From: Methanocaldococcus indicus
GTDB lineage: Archaea; AGJL01; Methanococci; Methanococcales; Methanocaldococcaceae
DNA length: 64,000 bases
Direction of reading: 5' to 3'
NCBI RefSeq assembly: GCF_049554935.1
Contig: NZ_CP186926.1
Coordinates: 224,001 to 288,000, forward strand
Under the pieces are notes generated by a model. That model did no database searches. It was not told the origin of the DNA and saw nothing but the letters and a program-made list of their open reading frames with translations. This document shows, piece by piece, positions 63,424 to 64,000 of this stretch (positions are counted from its first letter, which is position 1; the number at the start of each line of letters is the position of its first letter). The position numbers and the translations under genes were made by a program.

Positions 63424-64000
63424 TTAAATCTTTATATCATCTTTTAAAACATATCTTATTGGAATAAATATAGATAGGAAGATAATTAACATTATTAGAG
63501 CTGCTCCCCAAGCAATTTTATGGTCTTCTGGTGAAGGACTTTGAACTAATGTATATATTAAGAGAGGAATAGCTCCAACTGGCTGTAAGGGATTGGTAGG
63601 ATAGACCTCATACAATCCACCAGCAGTAAATAATAGAGGAGCTGTTTCTCCTGCAACTTTTGCCATACCAATTAAGACTCCTGTTAAAATTCCTTTTTTT
63701 GCCATTTTTGTAATAACTTTGAATATAACTTGTGCTCTTGTGCAACCTAATGCATAACCTCCTTCTTTATATATTTTAGGTATTTCAGCCATTGCTTCCT
63801 CTGTATAAACAGCAACATAAGGAATTAAGATTAAAGCTAATGCTATAGCCCCAGCTAATGCTGAATATGTTCCCATAGGAATAACTAATACAGTCATTAC
63901 AAAAGTCCCAACTAATATAGTCGGAAACTCTAACATAATTTGTAGAAGAACTTTTGTAGCTCTTCCAATTAAACTCTCTGGAAACTCATAAGCATAAGCT
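63424..64000 (-). CDS. pstA: Phosphate ABC permease PstA, 5' part outside the window
   Basis: PTI..G, EEA...IP....E...ALG, GETAPLLFT, AWGAAL. Confidence 0.92.
   Translation of the reverse strand, partial: AYAYEFPESLIGRATKVLLQIMLEFPTILVGTFVMTVLVIPMGTYSALAGAIALALILIPYVAVYTEEAMAEIPKIYKEGGYALGCTRAQVIFKVITKMAKKGILTGVLIGMAKVAGETAPLLFTAGGLYEVYPTNPLQPVGAIPLLIYTLVQSPSPEDHKIAWGAALIMLIIFLSIFIPIRYVLKDDIKI

Overview
Very AT-rich archaeal DNA from a hyperthermophilic Methanococcales methanogen, with proteins most like Methanocaldococcus. Most of the window is core genome: cfbE, signal peptidase, CODH/ACS (cdhA-cdhB-ferredoxin-cdhC), SepSecS, fibrillarin, the ehaA-O hydrogenase operon headed by an XRE regulator, leuA, glnA with an NrpR operator, ppsA, argB/argC, hacA, purO, tal, pst/phoU, Alba, a histone and two tRNAs (Thr-GGT, Gln-TTG). 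Accessory parts are an IS-bordered sugar-nucleotide/flippase island (about 19.7-26.9 kb), a decayed defence relic (SRA-like gene plus frameshifted orphan cas6b), an ODP-soluble chemoreceptor pair, an atypical globin and an orphan CRISPR array (8 near-consensus repeats plus 1 degenerate). The best leads are (1) a small exported protein with 19 Cys and 6 His and an internal 24-aa duplication, divergent from the Ni-enzyme cdh operon across a NikR-like palindrome; (2) three genes apparently starting at ATT/ATA at the canonical RBS spacing; (3) a CpG-rich, apparently foreign patch in cdhC. All family assignments come from motif recognition by eye; no database searches were run.
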